Shown here in pieces: positions 40,318 through 47,695 of a stretch of 47,695 nucleotides of DNA (its first letter is position 1; each line of letters begins with the position of its first letter). The stretch covers positions 1-47,695 of the forward strand of contig JAAYXC010000076.1 in NCBI GenBank assembly GCA_012516115.1, given 5' to 3'. The translations under genes and the position numbers were made by a program. This DNA comes from Bacillota bacterium. Its GTDB lineage: Bacteria; Bacillota; UBA4882; JAAYXC01. The notes beneath the pieces are model-generated. The model saw only the letters and a list, made by a program, of their open reading frames with translations, searched no databases and had not been told where the DNA came from.

Positions 40318-41577
40318 ATGAAAAACATAAGGTTGTTGGCCCTTTGTGCGGTCATCTCGATCATTGCCGCCAACCTTATAGGAGCGGCCGAAGTAGCCAC
40401 GGTGCGGGTTGCTTTTTGGGGCGGCAACGAAGATCTGGCGGTGAACACCAAAGCCGCGCAAGCGTTTGAAGCAAAGAATCCGGGCATTAAAATTAAGATA
40501 GAACATATCCCTTCTGATTACGATACCAAACTCATGACCATGCTGGCGGCCGGTAATGCGCCGGACGTCGTCCAGCAGGCGGAAGGGATTGCCGTCTTGG
40601 CCAAGAAAGGCGCTTTAATTCCATTAGATGGTTTTATCAGGCAAGACAAGCTTGATCTCCAAGTGTATTTCCCGACCGTGCTTCAGGCCTATCAAGTGGA
40701 CAAGGCCCAGTATGGACTACCCCATCGTTGGGGGCCGATGGTGGTCTATTATAATCGAAAGATCTTCCGTGAAGCCGGTTTATCCGCTCCGAAAAAGGAT
40801 TGGACGTGGGCCGATTTCCGCCAGGCCTGCCTGAAGACGACCAAAGGTGAAGGGGCGAACAGAGTCTGGGGCTTTGCCTGCGCGGGGACCTGGTGGCCGT
40901 GGTATATGGTACCGATAATGTCTTTCGGCAGTCCCATCTTAAACGAAGATCGGAATGCGCCGGCTTTTGACAAAGAAAAGGCGGCCAAGGCCTTGGAGTT
41001 CTTGCACGATTTGATCTGGAAAGACCGTGTCAATCCTACGCCCGCGGAGATGTCCGCCTATCAGATGGGTAACGACCAGCTCTTCGAAGCCGGCAAGGTA
41101 GCCATGAACATGACGGGTTTCTGGGCCATCAACGGTCTCCTCAAATCGGGCATCGAATGGGACGTCGCCTGGATGCCCAAAGGCGAACGGCAGGTTACGA
41201 CGATGTTCGGCGCTTGCTGGGCCATGACCAAGGATGCGCGGAACAAGAACGCCGCCTGGAAAGTCCTCAAGTTTTTCGCCGGGCCCGAATATGCCAAGAT
41301 TTTGGCCGAAGCCGGCCACGACATCCCCTCCATCATCAAAGTCGCTTATTCGCCGACGTTCCTTAACCGGAAGAACGGGCCGAGCGAAAAGACGCTGCGC
41401 ACCATCATCGATATGGTCTCCATTGCCGAATATCCTCCCATCAGCGAGAAATGGAATGTCTTAAACGACGTTACCTGGCCGATCGTGGAGAAGTATTATA
41501 AGAACGAAATTCCCAGCGCCCGTGCGGCCATCGAAGAGATGGAGGCGGCCATTCGGAAAGGATTCGCCCTCCAATAA
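40318..41577 (+). CDS. carbohydrate ABC transporter substrate-binding protein (CUT1 family)
   Basis: 419 aa. It has an N-terminal signal sequence and a typical extracellular sugar-binding-protein composition. SD AAAGGAGG. Confidence 0.85.
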   Translation: MKNIRLLALCAVISIIAANLIGAAEVATVRVAFWGGNEDLAVNTKAAQAFEAKNPGIKIKIEHIPSDYDTKLMTMLAAGNAPDVVQQAEGIAVLAKKGALIPLDGFIRQDKLDLQVYFPTVLQAYQVDKAQYGLPHRWGPMVVYYNRKIFREAGLSAPKKDWTWADFRQACLKTTKGEGANRVWGFACAGTWWPWYMVPIMSFGSPILNEDRNAPAFDKEKAAKALEFLHDLIWKDRVNPTPAEMSAYQMGNDQLFEAGKVAMNMTGFWAINGLLKSGIEWDVAWMPKGERQVTTMFGACWAMTKDARNKNAAWKVLKFFAGPEYAKILAEAGHDIPSIIKVAYSPTFLNRKNGPSEKTLRTIIDMVSIAEYPPISEKWNVLNDVTWPIVEKYYKNEIPSARAAIEEMEAAIRKGFALQ

Positions 41578-41630
41578 TCGACCGCCGGGGTGGCTTCGCC
41601 GCCCCGGCCTTTATCCTGGAGGTGAAGGTT

Positions 41631-42524
41631 TTGGCCCGTGCCACTTCGTTGGAGCATACCGAGAATAAAGAGTTTTGGTTTTTTATCGCCCCCTGGCTCG
41701 TGGGATTTTTTGCCTTTAATTAAATTCCGCTCGTCCTTTCAATCGGGATCAGTCTCACGCGTTGGGATATCCTGACCCCACCGCGGTTTATCGGCCTGGG
41801 AAATTACATTAACCTATTCTCCGATCCCCAGGCCTGGGGGGCCTTGCGGAATACTCTTTATTATACCCTGGTGGGTGTGCCGGCCACTTTGCTTTTCGGG
41901 CTCGGTGTGGCATTATTGGTTAATCAGCCTCTACGGGGCATAGAGATCTTTCGTACTTTGTATTATCTGCCGATGGTCCTTTCCGGAGTAGCTTCCGCCC
42001 TCCTTTGGAAATGGATCCTCAATCCCATGTTCGGGATCTTGAACTATCTTTTAGTCCGGCTTCATCTTCCCGCTTTGGGCTGGCTTACCGATCCCTTCTG
42101 GGCCAAACCGGCCATCGTGGTCTATCGTTCCTGGTATATCGGGGGAACGATGATGATCTTCCTCGCGGCATTACGCGCGATCCCGGCGGTACTTTATGAA
42201 GCGGCCATCGTCGACGGGGCCGGAGCCTGGCAAAAGTTCCGCCACATTACTCTGCCCATGCTTACGCCGGCCATTTCTTTCTCCGCCATCACCGGCATTA
42301 TCAATTCGCTACAGATATTCACCGAGGTATACGTAATGGTCAGCACGACGGCCATCGACCATACCCGGCCGCTTTTGCATTATATTTGGTTAAATGCTTT
42401 CGGGTATCACCGGATGGGCTATGCCTCGGCCTTGGCCTGGTTGCTTTTTATCACCATTCTCCTCATCACCCTGGCCCAGCTGCGCCTCCAGCGCCTCTGG
42501 GTGTACTATGAAGTGGAGCGCTAG
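41631..42524 (+). pseudogene. carbohydrate ABC transporter permease (MalF/UgpA-like) interrupted by one in-frame TAA
   Basis: The TTG at 41631 follows a strong SD, GGAGGTGAAGG. The product reads '..EFWFFIAPWLVGFFAFN*IPLVLSIGISLTRWD..' with the TAA at 41721-41723 inside TM1. The same frame continues into ORF 41844..42524. Confidence 0.75.
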
Positions 42525-42536
42525 GAGGGAAGAACC

Positions 42537-43382
42537 GTGGTCAATCCGGGTCGGGCGATTAAGAAAAGACATTGGTTACAGGCGGGTATCCTTTATATTC
42601 TCAGCCTTGTGTTGGTCGTTTTCTTCGTTGGCCCGCTCTTCTGGATGGTCGTGACTTCGCTTAAATCCCCTGCCCAGCTTTATTCGTATACCATCTTTCC
42701 GCGTCCCATCGCCTGGAATAATTATATTACCGCCCTTCGATCTATTCCTTTCTTCAGGCAATTGACCAATACCGTCATTATCGTCGTGGTCAACGTCGTC
42801 GGCCAACTTCTCTCCTCTTCTTTTGTGGCCTTCGGCTTCGCCCGCCTGCGTTCGCCATGGAAGAATAGACTTTTTGCCCTGGTTTTGGCGACGATGATGG
42901 TCCCCCAAGTGGCGACCTTGATCCCGAGTTACATTCTCTTTAAAGAACTCGGATGGATCGATACCTTTCTTCCGCTCACCGTGCCGGCTTTTACGGCCCA
43001 TCCTTTCAATATTTTTCTCTTGCGCGTCTTCTACCAAGGCATCCCCATCGAGCTCGATGAAGCGGCCAGGGTAGATGGAGCTTCGAGTCTCGCCATCTGG
43101 CACCGGGTAATTCTCCCTCTTTCCAAGCCGGTCTTGACGACCATTGCCGTCTTTACGTTCCAGAACACATGGAACGATTTCATGGGACCGCTCATCTATC
43201 TCCAGACGCCCGAGTGGTTTACGCTCCAACTGGGGCTGGCCTCTTTCGCCGGGATGTATAGCGTGGACTGGGTTTCAATCATGGCCGCCTCCGCCGTCAT
43301 CATGCTCCCGTGTGTCTTGGTCTTCATCTTCGCGCAACGTTTCTTCACCGAATCGCTGGCCTTTGCGGGCCTCAAGGAATAA
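42537..43382 (+). CDS. carbohydrate ABC transporter permease (MalG/UgpE-like)
   Basis: 281 aa with 6 TM segments. The EAA-loop-like motif 'ELDEAARVDGAS' is present. Confidence 0.88.
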   Translation: MVNPGRAIKKRHWLQAGILYILSLVLVVFFVGPLFWMVVTSLKSPAQLYSYTIFPRPIAWNNYITALRSIPFFRQLTNTVIIVVVNVVGQLLSSSFVAFGFARLRSPWKNRLFALVLATMMVPQVATLIPSYILFKELGWIDTFLPLTVPAFTAHPFNIFLLRVFYQGIPIELDEAARVDGASSLAIWHRVILPLSKPVLTTIAVFTFQNTWNDFMGPLIYLQTPEWFTLQLGLASFAGMYSVDWVSIMAASAVIMLPCVLVFIFAQRFFTESLAFAGLKE

Positions 43383-43397
43383 AGGAGGAATAAGCCT

Positions 43398-45275
43398 TTG
43401 GACATTGCCAACCCCGGAGCAATGATGGAAAGAACTTTCACGTGGACAGACGGTTTGGCCTGGGACGGCCAATGCCTGCGCCTCGACGGCGTACCGCAGA
43501 TTCTGCTCGGGGCGTCCGTGTTCTATTTCCGGCTGGCCCGGGAGGACTGGGCCTCACGATTGGCCATGGTCAAGGCCGCCGGATATAACACGATCGATGT
43601 CTACTTTCCCTGGAACTTTCATGAGATTGCCGAAGGGGAATGGGATTTCACGGGGCGAAAGGATGCGGCCTACTTTTTGGATTTGGCCCAAGCGGTGGGT
43701 CTTAAGGTTATCGCCCGGCCGGGACCGTATATTTGCTCGGAGTGGGAAGGCGGAGGTTTGCCGGCTTGGTTGATCGGTAGGGGTTCGGCCCTAAGGCAGA
43801 ACGATCCCGTTTATTTGGAATACGTCCGGCGTTGGTTCGACCGGATCCTGCCGATCCTGGCCTCCCGCCAGGCTCCCAACGGGCCCGTCGTGCTCGTCCA
43901 GATCGAGAACGAACTGGATTTTTTCCCGTGCCACGATGTCCCCGGTTATCTGGAAGAACTCTACCGGATGGCCAGGGAGCGGGGGATTACGGTGCCCATT
44001 ACGGCCTGCATCGGCCAGGGTAATATGGAGGCTGCCACCGGAAACCTAGATCGGCTATGGCCGACGGTCAATCTTTATCCTCCGGATAATGCTCCCGGGC
44101 TTGAGGAAGAGGTTGAGGCCATTGCCGAGAAGCTACGTCAGCGAGGCCTACCTTTGATCATAACCGAGACCGGGCGCAGCCACTTCCTCTTGCGCCGATT
44201 ATTGGCAGGCGGCGCCAAGGGCATATGCGCCTTCTTGCAGGTCGGAGGGAATAATTTCGGCTTGTATGAAGCCGTTAACGATTGGCGGGAACCTGGCGCC
44301 TTCCTGGCCACGGCCAGCGACTTCGGGGGCATGATCGACAGCGGCGGCCGAGTCCGCCCCGAATACTACCACGGACGTGTATTCGGCCTGGCTTTAGGGG
44401 CCATGAGGGACCTCCTTGCCGCAAGTCTCCCCGCCCCGCCCGGCACGGTGGTCTCCTGGAACGACCGGGTCGGTTCGCCGACCAAGGACGGAGGTTATAC
44501 GGTCCGCGTTTTGCGCGCTCCCGAAGGAACAATCTTTGTCATGCCGGCCAATCTCCGGGAAGTCGAAGAGAGCACGCGCCTTAACATAGGCGATTTAACC
44601 GTGCCCCGGCGGGCGAGGTTGGTGCTTCCGCCTTATACGATGCCGATCTTCCCGTTCCATCTGGATTTACGGTCCCGGGGTGTGACCCTCAAACTCGTTT
44701 ATGCCTTAAGCGAATTGGTTTATATGGATCGATTGGGTGATACCCTCGTCGTGGTGGCCCATGGACCCGAAGGAACCGCAGGGGAACTCCTCCTCCGCGG
44801 CCGGGTCGATCTTCTGTATGCGGATGAAGGGATCTCCGTTCGTCGGGAAGGTGACGAGATCTCGCTTCGGTATCCGCACGACCGGGAACGTTTTTGCCAT
44901 CTTGAAACGGATTCGGGCCGGATCTTGTTTGTGTTGACCTCAAGCCGACGCGCCGGGCGTCTTTGGCCGTTACGGGATAGAGATGGCCGGGCATGGTTGC
45001 TTTTTGGGGCCGATTATGTGAATGGCGATGCGGGACAATACGAACTTAAACCTGGATGTGAGCCGCTTTTTTTGCTCGGTCCGGGACGGCCCGAAGAAGC
45101 GGTGCTCTGTCTTCGGCTGGGGGATCTTAATTGGGCAAGGCTCTCCGTAGAACTCGGAGATGTTTGGCAAGAGCTGGAGCTAGCCCCTTTGTCATGCGAA
45201 ATCGGCCTAGTCCCTGGTCAATCCATTCCGCCACCGGCCAGATTATTACCCCTCGGCCCACCGCCTTTGAGGTGA
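43398..45275 (+). CDS. glycoside hydrolase family 35 beta-galactosidase
   Basis: 625 aa. 'YFPWNFHE', 'RPGPYICSEWEGGGLPAWL' and 'QIENE' are GH35 signatures. The TTG at 43398 follows AAAGGAGG. Confidence 0.88.
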   Translation: MDIANPGAMMERTFTWTDGLAWDGQCLRLDGVPQILLGASVFYFRLAREDWASRLAMVKAAGYNTIDVYFPWNFHEIAEGEWDFTGRKDAAYFLDLAQAVGLKVIARPGPYICSEWEGGGLPAWLIGRGSALRQNDPVYLEYVRRWFDRILPILASRQAPNGPVVLVQIENELDFFPCHDVPGYLEELYRMARERGITVPITACIGQGNMEAATGNLDRLWPTVNLYPPDNAPGLEEEVEAIAEKLRQRGLPLIITETGRSHFLLRRLLAGGAKGICAFLQVGGNNFGLYEAVNDWREPGAFLATASDFGGMIDSGGRVRPEYYHGRVFGLALGAMRDLLAASLPAPPGTVVSWNDRVGSPTKDGGYTVRVLRAPEGTIFVMPANLREVEESTRLNIGDLTVPRRARLVLPPYTMPIFPFHLDLRSRGVTLKLVYALSELVYMDRLGDTLVVVAHGPEGTAGELLLRGRVDLLYADEGISVRREGDEISLRYPHDRERFCHLETDSGRILFVLTSSRRAGRLWPLRDRDGRAWLLFGADYVNGDAGQYELKPGCEPLFLLGPGRPEEAVLCLRLGDLNWARLSVELGDVWQELELAPLSCEIGLVPGQSIPPPARLLPLGPPPLR

Positions 45276-45302
45276 CTAGAAGCGGCGGGGTTCGGCAAAG
45301 GC

Positions 45303-46286
45303 ATGGCCTGGGATCGGACGCGCCTAGAGACGGCGCCGGGGGAGGTTCTTTTTTACGCCGGAGCCGCAAGCGACGTCGTCTCGGTATATGTAGGCGAAGA
45401 ATACATCGGGACTTACGTGCCGTGGGGAGAAGAATTGTTTTGTCCACTCCGGCTTACCGGAGGCGTAACCAAACTTACCTTTAGGGTCGAGATATGGGGG
45501 CACACTAACTTTCACCGGCCGCGTTATCCTGTGCTCGCGCTCGGCAGTCCACGGGGGCTGCTGGGCAGGATGGCCTTTTTAAAGCTTTGGCGGAGGTTTT
45601 CCGCGTCGGCCCTCGAGGGGAAGGCGGTCTTTACCTTGGAATTTCCCGAGGATGCGGCGGATACGTTTTGGGTATTGAAGTTCCCGCCGGGCTTACATTG
45701 TTTGGAAATTGATGGCCGCCTTATAGAGGTGAACGATAGGTACGGCTATGTAACCCTTCCCCGTGAACTAGCCCAGGAAGGCCAAAGAAAGATCGTCCTC
45801 CGAACCGGGAAACCCGCCGTAGAACTCTCCGTCTACCGTGCTTTTGCCGAAGGGGAATGGGAGGTCTACGGTCTTGCGGGCCGGGAACTACCGCATTGGC
45901 AACCGGAAGCGAAGGTACCCACCCGTCTACCCTTCCATCTTGCCCCCGGTTCCATCGGCCTTTTTAACCTCCGGTGGCCTGAGTTCCCCTGGACCGAGGC
46001 AGAGGCCGTCCACCTGGTGGTCGATGGCCGGGATTGTAAGCTTACGGTTTGCCTCGGCATGGAAGTGGTCGGACGCCTTTGGCTCCCGTCTTCCGGGCGG
46101 CCCCCCTTTGCCGGCGGGGTGCTCGACGGCTGGCTCTTCGTGCCGCGCGGTTGGCTTGCGGCAAACCCGGAGATGCGGCTCATTATAGAGGCCGTAGGGG
46201 ACCGGCCGGGTTTGGTGAACAGCCTCCACTTGGACGCAATCATACCGTCTACAGTCGTAAAAGTAACGCTTCCTTCAGGCTATTAA
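45303..46286 (+). CDS. hypothetical protein with beta-galactosidase jelly-roll-like segments
   Basis: 327 aa. 'VSVYVGEEYIGTYVPWG' and 'FRVEIWGHTNF' resemble GH35 beta-sandwich domains (..V.VNG..LGRYW.. and ..VENMGRVNYG..). The SD is weak. It is in the same frame as GH35, separated by a single TGA plus 9 codons. Confidence 0.55.
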   Translation: MAWDRTRLETAPGEVLFYAGAASDVVSVYVGEEYIGTYVPWGEELFCPLRLTGGVTKLTFRVEIWGHTNFHRPRYPVLALGSPRGLLGRMAFLKLWRRFSASALEGKAVFTLEFPEDAADTFWVLKFPPGLHCLEIDGRLIEVNDRYGYVTLPRELAQEGQRKIVLRTGKPAVELSVYRAFAEGEWEVYGLAGRELPHWQPEAKVPTRLPFHLAPGSIGLFNLRWPEFPWTEAEAVHLVVDGRDCKLTVCLGMEVVGRLWLPSSGRPPFAGGVLDGWLFVPRGWLAANPEMRLIIEAVGDRPGLVNSLHLDAIIPSTVVKVTLPSGY

Positions 46287-46386
46287 AAATATCAACAAGT
46301 TAGGAGGTGGCGCATGGAAAGAAGACTTGGTAAAGCAACTATAATCTAAAATTAAAATAAAATCTAAAATAAAAAGGAGGATCATC

Positions 46387-47695
46387 ATGAAGAGCATAAG
46401 TGGTCGGTGGCTGTTGTTTATTAGTTTCGTCTTCGTGTTATTTTCCGTTTTGCTTTTCCCGGTATGTGCTGGCGAGGTAGTGAAGATTCATCCCGGCCAG
46501 GAATATCAGATTATAGAAGGTTTTGGCACTTCGCTGGCCTGGTGGGCCAATGTGGTTGGGGGATGGCAGGATTACAACAAAAAAAGGGACATTCTCGATT
46601 TACTTTTTACTACTTCGAGGGGAATTGGCTTGAATATTGTCCGTTATAACATCGGAGGAGGGGAGAATCCGGAACACGAGCATATGAGAGTAGGGGCGGA
46701 GATCCCGGGGTATCAGCCGGCGCCTGGCGTTTGGGACTGGAACGCCGACGCTAACCAGCGCTGGATTCTACAGGAAGCGATTAATAGAGGCGTAACCCGC
46801 TTAGAAGCGTTTTCAAATTCGCCGCCCTATTGGATGACGTATAGTAACTGTTCGGCTGGTTCCACTTTGGGCGGAAACAATCTTAAAGATGATATGTACG
46901 ATGATTTCGCTGAGTATCTTACAGAAGTGGTGAAGTTCTTTAAAGACTACTGGGGAATAACTTTTGACACCCTTAGTATTTTTAACGAACCGATTTCTCT
47001 CTGGTGGACGAGTAGTAATAATCAAGAGGGTTGTCATTTTGACCGAGATAAACAGAATCTTTTAATTAAAGAAGTGCAATCACGACTAGTGGCCAAAAAT
47101 CTTCCCACTAAAATAAGTGTACCTGAAGAATATAGTGTCAATGATACTCTCGACAGCTTCAATTTTTATGACAGCACAGCTAAAAGTTATGTATATCAAA
47201 TTAATACCCACTCTTATTCTGGAGATAAGCGAACCATGCTTAGGAATCTGGCTGCGGAATATGATAAAAGGTTATGGATGTCCGAAGCTGGGGCAGGAGT
47301 AGGTAGCCATGACCATGAAGCGATCGATTCCAGTCTCAGTCTTGCTAATCTCATTCGAAAGGATTTAAAAGAGCTGCAACCTACGGCTTGGGTCTATTGG
47401 CAGGCGGTAGAGGATGAGGATAGGGCAGTGGAATACAATCATAACTGGGGTTTAATCCACGCTACTTTCTCTAGCGGCGAAAATTATTACATAACCAAAC
47501 AATATTATGCCATGGGCAATTACAGTAAATTCATCAGGCCGGGCTATAAGATCATCGGCCTTGACGATAGCAACAACATCTCCCTTGCTGCTTACGACCG
47601 GGCTTCTGGGACATTGGTCATTGTCACTACTAATGATACGACTTCGGATATAAACATAACTTATGATATTACGGAATTTTCCAATGTTCTCGGGC
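46387..47695 (+). CDS. secreted glycoside hydrolase family 30 enzyme (endo-beta-1,6-galactanase-like), 3' partial
   Basis: This ORF is not in the ORF track because it runs off the window. The ATG at 46387 follows AAGGAGG. A signal peptide 'MKSISGRWLLFISFVFVLFSVLLFPVCAG' is followed by 'IEGFGTSLAWWA', 'FNEP' and 'LWMSEAG' (GH30 catalytic Glu contexts). GC is ~42%. Confidence 0.8.
   Translation, partial: MKSISGRWLLFISFVFVLFSVLLFPVCAGEVVKIHPGQEYQIIEGFGTSLAWWANVVGGWQDYNKKRDILDLLFTTSRGIGLNIVRYNIGGGENPEHEHMRVGAEIPGYQPAPGVWDWNADANQRWILQEAINRGVTRLEAFSNSPPYWMTYSNCSAGSTLGGNNLKDDMYDDFAEYLTEVVKFFKDYWGITFDTLSIFNEPISLWWTSSNNQEGCHFDRDKQNLLIKEVQSRLVAKNLPTKISVPEEYSVNDTLDSFNFYDSTAKSYVYQINTHSYSGDKRTMLRNLAAEYDKRLWMSEAGAGVGSHDHEAIDSSLSLANLIRKDLKELQPTAWVYWQAVEDEDRAVEYNHNWGLIHATFSSGENYYITKQYYAMGNYSKFIRPGYKIIGLDDSNNISLAAYDRASGTLVIVTTNDTTSDINITYDITEFSNVLG

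Overview
High-GC (~63-65%) Firmicutes/Clostridia-like chromosomal segment with strong Shine-Dalgarno sites and many overlapping start/stop junctions. It has three parts. (1) 1-6.9 kb is an accessory, defence-type island. It holds a solitary type III Res-like helicase-nuclease preceded by 180 bp of AT-rich DNA, a start-less remnant of a type I hsdR C-terminus, a translationally coupled HTH-ImmA/IrrE metallopeptidase + DUF4411 (PIN-like) pair, and a DUF4236-TM-TPR protein. The island is studded with a GGGGTGAG-type palindromic repeat and contains a 300-bp low-GC patch. (2) 6.9-38.4 kb is housekeeping core. Genes in order: ubiE, a class-A beta-lactamase-like hydrolase, a GYF/M50B-like membrane protein, an Fe-S aldo-keto reductase, and a trpS 5' remnant. 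A promoter + ykkC-family (probably PRPP, subtype 2b) riboswitch + terminator then leads the operon purB-purF-purM-purN-purH-(FabZ-like)-purC-purD-rnhA. After that come a decayed polysaccharide deacetylase, prs, rpmB, DUF1858, asp23, DAK2, degV, rsmD, coaD, cmk, plsC, ispH, rpsA, an alkaline-phosphatase-family membrane enzyme, a divergent transcarbamylase, csaB, cinA, thpR and a CsoR-family repressor. (3) 38.4-47.7 kb is a lower-GC (about 50%, dropping to ~42% at the end) galactan/galactoside utilisation locus: lacI, a solute-binding protein, two permeases, a GH35 beta-galactosidase, a jelly-roll ORF and a partial secreted GH30 enzyme. The most notable observations are the ImmA/DUF4411 candidate defence module in a decaying R-M hotspot, the riboswitch-controlled pur operon with an embedded FabZ paralogue lacking the catalytic His, the dispersed palindromic repeat family, and an unusual load of single in-frame stop codons in otherwise intact conserved genes (rsmD, cinA, an ABC permease, possibly GH35). 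No rRNA, tRNA or CRISPR array was seen. All family assignments come from motif recognition by eye. No database search was run.
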